Origin: Balanoglossus misakiensis
Taxonomy: Eukaryota > Animalia > Hemichordata
Length of the DNA: 64,000 nt
Direction of reading: 5' to 3'
Assembly: GCA_040954595.2 (NCBI GenBank)
Contig: CM082578.2
Coordinates: 1,160,831-1,224,830 of the forward strand
Positions 49,206 to 60,300 of this stretch are shown one piece after another. How positions within the stretch are numbered: position 1 is the first letter of the stretch; the number at the start of each line of letters is the position of its first letter. The position numbers were made by a program, and so were the translations under genes. Under the pieces are notes generated by a model, which worked only from the letters and a program-made list of their open reading frames with translations, ran no database searches and was not told the DNA's origin.

Positions 49206-49686
49206 AAAAACCCCAACGAAACCAATAGGGCCCAAGCGCTGGTATGCGCTTGGGCCCTAAAAAACCCCAACGAAACCAATAGGGCCCAAGCGCTGGTATG
49301 CGCTTGGGCCCTAAAAACCCCAACGAAACCAATAGGGCCCAAGCGCTGGTATGCGCTTGGGCCCTAAAAAATTCCAACGAAACCAATAGGGCCCAAGCGC
49401 AAGCAAGCGCTTGGGCCCTAAAAAATTCCAACGAAACCAATAGGGCCCAAGCGCTTGCTTGCGCTTGGGCCCTAAAAAACCCCAACGAAACCAATAGGGC
49501 CCAAGCGCTGGCTTGCGCTTGGGCCCTAAAAAACCCCAACGAAACCAATAGGGCCCAAGCGCTTGCTTGCGCTTGGGCCCTAAAAACCCCAGTAATACCA
49601 ATAGGGCACAAGCCTGCTTGGCTTGTGCCCTAAAAAAACACAGTAAAACCAATAGGGCACAAGCGCCTGAGGGCGCTTGGTCCCCT
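49206..49686 (-). repeat. Stack of 9 HINE 5' hairpin heads (7 modern gggcccaagc, 2 older gggcacaagc)
   Basis: Units end at 49258, 49312, 49365, 49419, 49473, 49527, 49581, 49631, 49686. Confidence 0.92.
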
Positions 49687-49724
49687 AATCAAAAGCGGTT
49701 AATAACGGTCAGTCAACTCACGTC

Positions 49725-52700
49725 TACTAACTCTTCTTATGTGAAAGGATGCGTAAGACTACAATAAAACTCAAAGGGCCTCTCTTCAATGTTAGTCATC
49801 ATACCCTTCCACCCTGTGATTTTGATGAACACTTTTCCCCCCAGCTTTATAATTCATTTTGTGTTTCCCATCTAAATGTCAGATCATTAAACAGAAACGT
49901 TGATGCCTTAAAATTACTATATGAAGATATTATCAAGTCCAAATTCGCTATCATTGGAATTTCTGAAGTATGGGACCCAAATAACTTAAGTATTTGTAAT
50001 ATGCAAGATTACACATTAGAAGTGAAGTCTCGTGAAGTAGGAAGGGGTGGTGGGGTTGGGGCTTACATACATTCATCAGTAATCTACAAGCTGCTTCGAG
50101 CAAGTGTCAGTCACTCAGAATCACTCTGGATGGAGGTACAGGTTAAAAATACGAAGATAATTATGGGAATAATCTACAGAAAACCTAATACTGATATAAC
50201 AGAATTTCAAATTAGTCTCGTGCAAGTATTAAATGAGTTCAGATGTGACAAAAATAATTGTATTTTAATGGGCGATTTTAATATTGATACTAACATAAGA
50301 CTGACCAACCCCAATATAGATTCATATCTATCCTCCTTGGAATGTATAGGCTTAAGACAGCTGATATCTACCCCAACCAGAGTGACTAGTTCATCTGAAA
50401 CTTTAATTGACCACATCTACACAAAAAATAATCAACGTCCTATTCATGCTGGCACTATAATCACAGATATTTCAGACCATTTCCCTGTGTATACTCTTTT
50501 AGAAAATATTCCTCTAAAATTGCCACAAAAAGAGAAAATTATTTTCAGAAATTTCAAAAACTATAGTCCCTCCCAATTTTACGACGATCTTGAAATCACA
50601 AAATGGGATTCTGTGTACCATTCCTCTGATGCTAATGAGGCTTACAACAATTTTTATTCAGTCTTTAATGAAATTTGTGATAAACATGCACCTATTTCTA
50701 CAAAATCCTATAGTACCAAAAAAAAAAAAAAACCTTGGATCACCAAATCACTTAGAAAATCTATTAACACTAAACATAGGCTATATAACAAATTATATAA
50801 ATCAAAATTTAATAATGCTGTTGCTGTTGATAATTATAAAAAATATCGAAATATTTTATCGGCTTTACTCAGGAAAGCCAAACAGATGTACTATAGCAAT
50901 ATTTTTATACAAAATGAAAATAACACTACTGCAATATGGAAAACAATTAGAGAGATACTTGGAAGCCAAGGTAATGCCAGTCAATCTCTGCCAGATAATC
51001 TGTGTGTTAAGTCTAATGGTAAGGTACGAACCGTAAATAAGAAAACTGACATTGTCAATGAGCTAAATAACTACTTTGTTGGTATTGGTCCAGACCTTGC
51101 TAGTAAAATAAAGTCTAACAATTGCAACTTCAATAATTACCTCAAGGCACCCATCTCAAACTCAATCTTTCTTGCCCCAACAACTCAGTTTGAAATACAA
51201 TAAATTATTTGTAGCCTAGATCCTTATAAAGCTTGTGGCCAAGATCAAATTCCTGCTGGACTTCTTATAGATGGAGCTGCTGTAATATCTAAACCATTAG
51301 AATACATATTCAACCTCTCCTTTCAATAAGGAATATTTCTGAAAGCCCTAAAATCAGCAAAAGTTATACCAAGTTTCAAGAAAGGAACCACTGATGATCC
51401 AGGAAATTACAGACCAATATCAATTTTACCTCTTATAAGCAAAGTCTTAGAAAAAATAGTCAACTGCCATCTTACCAACTTTGTAGAACAATTTAATATT
51501 CTATATGAACATCCGTATGCCTTTCGACAAAAATATAGTACCAAACTCTCTCTGATCAATCTTGTCAATTATCTCATTAAGCAACTTGATGCTGGCAGAA
51601 TTACACTTGGCATTTTCCTTGACTTTTCAAAAGCCTTTGATACCATTGATCATACAATATTACTATCTAAACTCTCTCACTATGGTATACGTGGACGTCC
51701 TCTACAATGGTTTACAGATAATTTAAAAGATAGATGTCAACATGTTTGTGCTGATGGCCATATCTCATCTAGCCATAATATTACATGTGGAGTTCCACAG
51801 GGTTCTGTCCTTGGACCTACTCTATTTTTTATTATTTATTAATGATATAGCCCTTTCAACATCCTTCTTCAACTTTCGGCTGTTTGCTGATGATACAAAT
51901 CTGTCCCATACCTTCCCTGCAAACAAAAGTGATATCAATCTGAACCATGTTGACAGCCAGTTACAGCTAGTACTAGATTGGTGCAATGCCAACAAACTCA
52001 CTATAAATCACCTAAAAATAAATTACATTATTTTCAGAAACCAAAGACGAAAGGTTTCCCATGTTGGTTTTCTCCACATAAATAATATGGTCATAAATGA
52101 GGTAGAAGCTGCATCATTTGTTGGCATTCTCATTGACAGGCATCTTACCTTGTCAAAACATATCCAGATGCTAAACACAATCATCAGAAAGAAAGTTGGC
52201 ATTCTCTTTAAACTCAGACATTTTGTACCTACCCCTATACTTACCTTACTCTACAAATCACTTATCCAACCACATATAACATACAGCCTCGAAGTATGGG
52301 GGTCAACATATCCTTCATATCTCAACCGTATTAGGTTATTACAAAAAATGGCAGTAAGAGCAATAACCTTCAGTGTTTTCACAGCTCATTCAACTCCTTT
52401 ATTCCATAAATTGAAAATCCCTGATATTTTCAAATTACATAAGCTCCGGGTATGCTCCTTCATGTATGATCTTGTAAACAATAATCTTCCACAAAGGCTG
52501 ACAACCTAATGTCAATTACCTCTCCATGATTACAGTACACGCCACAAAAACCAAGGTAATCTCCATATTCCAAGTGTATATACAACAATGGGCTAATTTG
52601 CAATATCTTATAATGGCCCTCTCTTATGGAATTCATTACCAGAACAAATAAAAAACAAAAAATCCCAAAAAACTTTCCGGTACTCGCTCAAACAGATGTA

Positions 52701-53050
52701 TTTAGAAAATTAACTATAAATATATATATATTTATATATAGTAGTTCAATTTATACATTCAATGTATTTATTTCATTCAATTTTAGCTACTGTCTATGTA
52801 CATAATTGCCTTTACAGTGTACATGCCTAATATTGCTTCTCTCTAAGAAATACATTGCCCTCAAAATGAAATGTAACTAATTTTTATACCGCAATGTACA
52901 GAGGAATGGGAACAGACTTGACTAGCACCTGCTATTTTCTGTTCCCAATTACCTTAAGTTTTCATTCAACCCGTCTCACTCGTGAGTTATGTAAATACTT
53001 TTCAACTTTTCAACAAGGGTAATAAATTGAAATGAAATTGAATTTAATTG
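49725..53050 (+). mobile_element. 5'-truncated non-LTR retrotransposon, CR1/L2 group (Crack/Daphne-like); ORF2 APE endonuclease + reverse transcriptase, disrupted
   Basis: HLNVRSL, GISEVW, RGGGVG, MGDFN, LIDHIY, SDHFPV; NYRPISILP, FLDFSKAFD, GVPQGSVLGP, LFADD; stops at 51201 and ~51327 and a frameshift near 51830; (ATTGA)-like tail; TSD aactcacgtc at 49715-49724 and 53051-53060. Confidence 0.93.
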
Positions 53051-54326
53051 AACTCACGTCATCAGAATAGACAAAGAAAATACGATCACGTAATATTTCA
53101 ATGATCAAATCTCTCAAACTATAGATTAAAAAGGCTGATTATTCAGTTCAATGTCATTCTATCACAGTTCTTTTGCGATAGCAGACGATTCAAGAGTCTT
53201 CCCTTCTTCATTCCACGAGACCTCTTTTCTTCGTCGCCAGAACTGCTTCAACTACATGCTTCTGGATTCGACGCCCCTCTGATCAAACAACAGATCCATC
53301 GTTGAAAACCCGTCCACGCATTCCACGCAGTCAACAGTCAGCACCAACCTTTTTTCTGTTCTTGTTTCCTTCTGAAGCAGACCATTGGATCGTCCGTTTC
53401 GCCAGCTTTTTTTCTTCTTACTTCTTTCTCGGTTCAGGAATCAGTGGCAACATCTCTGCCTACCCGGATTCTAACACCATCTTGTTACGGCCGGTCGTCC
53501 TCCGGACGTTTACCGCATCGGCTTCTGTGGGGAATCAGCCACGTCCGAAGGCTGACGGCGTACATTCTCTCCATCTCCTTCTCCGCCCAACATATTCACA
53601 GAGTCCGAGAGAGGTACCCGGCAGATCGTAAACCTTTCGTAGACAGAGACTTACAACAAGTTTTCCGAGTAACACAAAGTTCTGGTTTATTACTGGTCAC
53701 ACGTAAGAATTACACGACTCGATCAATGCTCGTTGACTCCCATCACGGATCTCCGGTGATAAACGTGTGATCTCAAATTTCACCACACCTTATTAATACG
53801 TTTGTCAAGTATTAAGTCATAAAAGGAACACGTCATCTTAATATTTCTTAAACATGAACTTAGCGTGTGATATCTCTATCTCGTTCTGACATGTATCAAT
53901 TACACAATCTTGTTTACTCTGGGTCAAGTACCTATGTCAATACTGGACTAAAACCATATAAGTGAATGACTTTTTACGTAATCATAAACAAGATCTATGA
54001 TCGTTAAACTCAATCGTGACACTTGTATTACCGCTGGTTTCTCATGATTGTTCATGCATCGGGGAATCTGTAGCGATGAGGTAACGGGCTCTGACGAGAA
54101 CCGTGATCCACGGAGACACGTATCTGATTTACGTTCATTTATTGTCCGGAATTATTATAGTACATCAAATACGCCCAGTAAAGTACACGAGGAAGGGAAC
54201 GAGCTCAGTAGCCTGAGGTACTCCCATCTCCCGTAAGATTATTCTCCCCTAACTTTGGAAACAAAGTTCTCTTATAATTACTTTTCTCAAAGCGTGGTTA
54301 ACCATGTAAAATATCACAAATACATG

Positions 54327-57300
54327 TAGTGGCCAGTGTCGTGCCCATTAATTTTGAGTGTTTGGTGGGGTCAACCTTTGCGTCAACATTGATTAACCAG
54401 GCCATGCAGAGCTAGTGGCCAGTGTCGTGCCCATTAATTTTGAGTGTTTGGTGGGGTCAACCTTTGCGTCAACATTGATTAGCCAGGCCATGCAGAGCTA
54501 GTGGCCAGTGTCGTGCCCATTAATTTTGAGTGTTTGGTGGGGTCAACCTTTGCGTCAACATTGATTAGCCAGGCCATGCAGAGCTAGTGGCCAGTGTCGT
54601 GCCCATTAATTTTGAGTGTTTGGTGGGGTCAACCTTTGCGTCAACATTGATTAGCCAGGCCAGAGCTTAGTGGCCAGTGTCGTGCCCATCAATTTTGAGT
54701 GTTTGGTGGGGTCAACCTTTGCGTCAACATTGATTAACCAGGCCATGCAGAGCTAGTGGCCAGTGTCGTGCCCATCAATTTTGAGTGTTTGGTGGGGTCA
54801 ACCTTTGCGTCAACATTGATTAACCAGGCCATGCAGAGCTAGTGGCCAGTGTCGTGCCCATCAATTTTGAGTGTTTGGTGGGGTCAACCCTTGCGTCAAC
54901 ATTGATTAGCCAGGCCAGAGCTAGTGGCCAGTGTCGTGCCCATCAATTTTGAGTGTTTGGTGGGGTCAACCCTTGCGTCAACATTGATTAGCCAGGCCAG
55001 AGCTAGTGGCCAGTGTCGTGCCCATCAATTTTGAGTGTTTGGTGGGGTCAACCCTTGCGTCAACATTGATTAGCCAGGCCAGAGCTTAGTGGCCAGTGTC
55101 GTGCCCATCAATTTTGAGTGTTTGGTGGGGTCAACCCTTGCGTCAACCTTGATTAGCCAGGCCATGCAGAGCTAGTGGCCAGTGTCGTGCCCATCAATTT
55201 TGAGTGTTTGGTGGGGTCAACCCTTGCGTCAACCTTGATTAGCCAGGCCATGCAGAGCTAGTGGCCAGTGTCGTGCCCATCAATTTTGAGTGTTTGGTGG
55301 GGTCAACCCTTGCGTCAACCTTGATTAGCCAGGCCATGCAGAGCTAGTGGCCAGTGTCGTGCCCATCAATTTTGAGTGTTTGGTGGGGTCAACCCTTGCG
55401 TCAACCTTGATTAGCCAGGCCATGCAGAGCTAGTGGCCAGTGTCGTGCCCATCAATTTTGAGTGTTTGGTGGGGTCAACCTTTGCGTCAACCTTGATTAG
55501 CCAGGCCATGCAGAGCTAGTGGCCAATGTCGTGCCCATCAATTTTGAGTGTTTGGTGGGGTCAACCTTTGCGTCAACCTTGATTAGCCAGGCCATGCAGA
55601 GCTAGTGGCCAGTGTCGTGCCCATCAATTTTGAGTGTTTGGTGGGGTCAACCTTTGCGTCAACCTTGATTAGCCAGGCCATGCAGAGCTAGTGGCCCGTG
55701 TCGTGCCCATCAATTTTGAGTGTTTGGTGGGGTCAACCTTTGCGTCAACCTTGATTAGCCAGGCAATGCAGAGCTAGTGGCCCGTGTCGTGCCCATCAAT
55801 TTCGAGTGTTTGGTGGGGTCAACCTTTGCGTCAACCTTGATTAGCCAGGCCATGCAGAGCTAGTGGCCAGTGTCGTGCCCATCAATTTCGAGTGTTTGGT
55901 GGGGTCAACCTTTGCGTCAACCTTGATTAGCCAGGCCATGCAGAGCTAGTGGCCAGTGTCGTGCCCATCAATTTTCAGTGTTTGGTGGGGTCAACCTTTG
56001 CGTCAACCTTGATTAGCCAGGCCATGCAGAGCTAGTGGCCAGTGTCGTGCCCATCAATTTTCAGTGTTTGGTGGGGTCAACCTTTGCGTCAACCTTGATT
56101 AGCCAGGCCATGCAGAGCTAGTGGCCAGTGTCGTGCCCATCAATTTTCAGTGTTTGGTGGGGTCAACCTTTGCGTCAACCTTGATTAGCCAGGCCATGCA
56201 GAGCTAGTGGCCAGTGTCGAGCCCATCAATTTTCAGTGTTTGGTGGGGTCAACCTTTGCGTCAACATTGATTAACCAGGCCATGCAGAGCTAGTGGCCAG
56301 TGTCGTGCCCATCAATTTTGAGTGTTTGGTGGGGTCAACCTTTGCGTCAATATTGATTAACCAGGCCATGCAGAGCTAGTGGCCAGTGTCGTGCCCATCA
56401 ATTTTGAGTGTTTGGTGGGGTCAACCTTTGCGTCAACATTGATTAATCTGGCCATGCAGAGCTAGTGGCCAGTGTCGTGCCCATCAATTTTGAGTGTTTG
56501 GTGGGGTCAACCTTTGCGTCAACATTGATTAACTAGGCCATGCAGAGCTAGTGGCCAGTGTCGTGCCCATCAATTTTGAGTGTTTGGTGGGGTCAACCTT
56601 TGCGTCAACATTGATTAGCCAGGCCAGGCAGAGCTAGTGGCCAGTGTCGTGCCCATTAATTTTGAGTGTTTGGTGGGGTCAACCTTTGCGTCAACATTGA
56701 TTCAGCCCGAACGCAACCACCCAACGATGAGGGCGTTTATTGGAAAAAGTCACGTGACTATTTTCAAAATGGTAGCTTATTTATGTTGTTGCGCTAACCT
56801 TCAGAAAACACGGGCGATTTTGTCCGATTGGAGAGTCTTTACCATGAAATGACAACAGTATCGATAAAACTAGAATCGTACGGATATGTTGGCAGATTAT
56901 CGCGCCTTAAGCATGGTGGGATTTGGTTGTAGACGTTTTTTCCCACGATCGACCGTGAATGAAAAACGGAGGTATTGCGATGTTTTTCAAGTTTACCGAC
57001 CCGTATCTCAAGAAATATTGGAGGTTGCACAATAGTCTTCACACCGCAAGTTAGGTAATTTATCAGTCTAAAGCTGTGTTAAATTTGAAGTGTTTCGGAC
57101 GTTTTATATAAAAGTGCTGCACTTTCTCGTGAACCCTTCATTTTCCGGTGAACGCGAGTTATTGTGACATTTCTCAAGTTCACCTATCCGTCTTTTAAGA
57201 AATATTTAAGGTTGCCCGACAATTTTTACATCGCGAGTTAGGTTATTTATCAATCTAACGCTAGGCAAAATTTGAAGTGTTTCAGACGTTTTATAAAAAA

Positions 57301-60300
57301 GTGCGGCGCTTTCTTGTGAACCTTGCACTTTACGTGACACGGCTCGACTTCCGCGTTTCGTGCAGGCACAGCCAGTGTACACGATGTGAAGTGAACTGCG
57401 CGATTTGTTTTGTCTAGTGACCATGGAACGAGCCACACTTTCTTGGATATAATAAAACATTAAATTACTGTAAAACTGTATATGACTCTGTTCCTACAGA
57501 TATATTCCTACGATTTGCAATGGCAATTTTCAGTGCATTATTGCCGATGCTATGGCCGGGTGCTACGGGCACTGTTAGCTCTGCTTGGCTGGGCTGCGTG
57601 TCTTATCACCGCAGACGTACACACAAAGCCCCGGCTGCCACGCAGAGCTACGGGCACTGTGTACATGCACGTATGTCCACGGTTCATCTTGATTGCCACA
57701 GTGATTCATAGTTTGAAGACTTGAGCACAGTGTCAAAAGAAAAGAAATGACTGAAGTTATGTTTATTGAGAACAAGCTTTTGTAATTTGTCTATTCTGAT
57801 ACATAGACTGACCGCGTCCACGATATAGGCACTACGAGCTGTACGACTACGAATGAAATCCTCAACTACCCCCTGTGACTTTGGCCTTCCACTCTCCACA
57901 AACTGTTCAGAACGGGGAGAGAGCAAGGGGAGGCAGTACAAGATTTATACGCTGAAATACAGCGATCATGCTAGCCAATTTCTACACAACGAAAATTTGA
58001 TGATTGCAGACTCTGCTGAGCAACAGTTCGGCGATACAACTCGGCCAAGTACGTGCAATTCTATGAGCTACTCTGAGGCTGTTGCGTCACAATACGGGCT
58101 GAGTTTAAGGAGCTCTTGAGCGAATACCTCTGGGGGTTGCATCATGATTTTTTTAATTTTATTACAAGATATATCGAATTCACTGAAAATGATGTTTAAA
58201 TTTAAAAATTCATTTTTATATAAAAGTGCGGCAGTTCGTAAAAACCCCGAAGTGCGGCGTGTTTTGATTTTAGTTGTTCTTGGGTCACTCCGTAATTCGC
58301 TCATTTTTGCAAAGAAAACATGTTTTTTACCAACAAAAAACATACAGATATGTAGTTTAGATATAATTTTGGCCATGTAATCAGTTTTAGTCATTCAACT
58401 GCCGTCCCTGCTTGTTAATTTGGCATTAAAAAAAGCGCGGGACTTTCGCATGCCATTTCTGGCTGTGTGTACGACAGAACGTTGAGTGCGTCACCAGAAC
58501 TAAAAAACTGGGCAATTAACGGTCAAATGGCTGACCTGCGTTCGGGCTGGATTAGCCAGGCCAGGCAGAGCTAGTGGCCAGTGTCGTGCCCATTAATTTT
58601 GAGTGTTTGGTGGGGTCAACCTTTGCGTCAACATTGATCAACCGGGCCATGCAGAGCTAGTGGCCAGTGTCGTGCCCATCAATTTTGAGTGTTTGGTGGG
58701 GTCAACCCTTGCGTCAACATTGATTAGCCAGTCCAGAGCTAGTGGCCAGTGTCGTGCCCATCAATTTTGAGTGTTTGGTGGAGTCAACCCTTGCGTCAAC
58801 ATTGATTAGCCAGGCCAGAGCTAGTGGCCAGTGTCGTGCCCATCAATTTTGAGTGTTTGGTGGGGTCAACCCTTGCGTCAACATTGATTAGCCAGGCCAG
58901 AGCTAGTGGCCAGTGTCGTGCCCATCAATTTTGAGTGTTTGGTGGGGTCAACCCTTGCGTCAACATTGATTAGCCAGGCCAGAGCTAGTGGCCAGTGTCG
59001 TGCCCATCAATTTTGAGTGTTTGGTGGGGTCAACCCTTGCGTCAACATTGATTAGCCAGGCCAGAGCTAGTGGCCAGTGTCGTGCCCATCAATTTTGATT
59101 GTTTATTGGGGTCAACCCTTGCGTCAACATTGATTAGCCAGGCCAGAGCTAGTGGCCAGTGTCGTGCCCATCAAATTTGATTGTTTATTGGGGTCAACCC
59201 TTGCGTCAACATTGACTAGCCAGGCCAGAGCTAGTGGCCAGTGTCGTGCCCATCAATTTTGAGTGTTTGGTGGGGTCAACCTTTGCGTCAACATTGATTA
59301 GCCAGGCCAGAGCTAGTGGCCAGTGTCGTGCCCATCAATTTTGAGTGTTTGGTGGGGTCAACCCTTGCGTCAACATTGATTAGCCAGGCCAGAGCTTAGT
59401 GGCCAGAGTCGTGCCCATCATATATGAGTGTTTGGTGGGGTCAACCCTTGCGTCAACCTTGATTAGCCAGGCCAGAGCTAGTGGCCAGTGTCGTGCCAAT
59501 CAATTATGAGTGTTTGGTGGGGTCAACCCTTGGGTCAACCTTGATTAGCCAGGCCATGCAGAGCTAGTGGCCAGTGTCGTGCCCATCAAGTTTGAGTGTT
59601 TGGTGGGGTCAACCTTTGCGTCAACCTTGATTAGCCAGGCCATGCAGAGCTAGTGGCCAGTGTCGTGCCCATCAATTTTGAGTGTTTGGTGGGTCAAATT
59701 AGCCAGGCCATGCAGAGCTAGTGGCCAGTGTCGTGCCCATCAATTTTGAGTGTTTGGTGGGGTCAACCCTTGCGTCAACATTGATTAGCCAGGCCAGAGC
59801 TAGTGGCCAGTGTCGTGCCCATCAATTTTGAGTGTTTGGTGGGGTCAACCCTTGCGTCAACATTGATTAGCCAGGCCAGAGCTAGTGGCCAGTGTCGTGC
59901 CCATCAATTTTGAGTGTTTGGTGGGGTCAACCTTTGCGTCAACATTGATTAGCCAGGCCAGAGCTAGTGGCCAGTGTCGTGCCCATCAATTTTGAGTGTT
60001 TGGTGGGGTCAACCCTTGCGTCAACATTGATTAGCCAGGCCATGCAGAGCTAGTGGCCAGTGTCGTGCCCATCAATTTTGAGTGTTTGGTGGGGTCAACC
60101 TTTGCGTCAACATTGATTAGCCAGGCCAGAGCTTAGTGGCCAGTGTCGTGCCCATCATATATGAGTGTTTGGTGGGGTCAACCCTTGCGTCAACCTTGAT
60201 TAGCCAGGCCAGAGCTAGTGGCCAGTGTCGTGCCAATCAATTATGAGTGTTTGGTGGGGTCATCCCTTGCGTCAACCTTGATTAGCCAGGCCATGCAGAG

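Larger units (their letters stand above)
19400..49686 (-). mobile_element. Nested array of ~1.2-1.5 kb non-autonomous Helentron-like (HINE) elements
   Basis: Tails (+ strand attaaagctgc(a/g)agcagc) at 21795, 23226, 24714, 26143, 28134, 29308, 30904, 32330, 33602, 35034, 38992, 40556, 41972, 43456, 44920, 46350, 47776, plus a degenerate tailless body at ~19400-21500. All share one orientation and all show subTIR gggcccaagc, terminal stem-loop, (AAAG)n and internal repeats. Confidence 0.88.

Noticed and set aside
21795-49581. Plain macrosatellite, single rolling-circle concatemer, or assembly artefact
   Set aside because: Adjacent copies belong to different subtypes, carry private indels and insertions, and heads are displaced in a balanced nested pattern
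49206-49686. CRISPR array (palindromic ~53-bp units with variable centres; also 21504-21794)
   Set aside because: Eukaryotic context, no cas genes, the variable part is only a short hairpin loop, and each unit is identical to the end of the HINE elements
53100-54240. GC-richer, coding-looking stretch with ~100-aa ORFs
   Set aside because: No recognisable motif or splice-compatible exon; may be a decayed element but cannot be supported by eye
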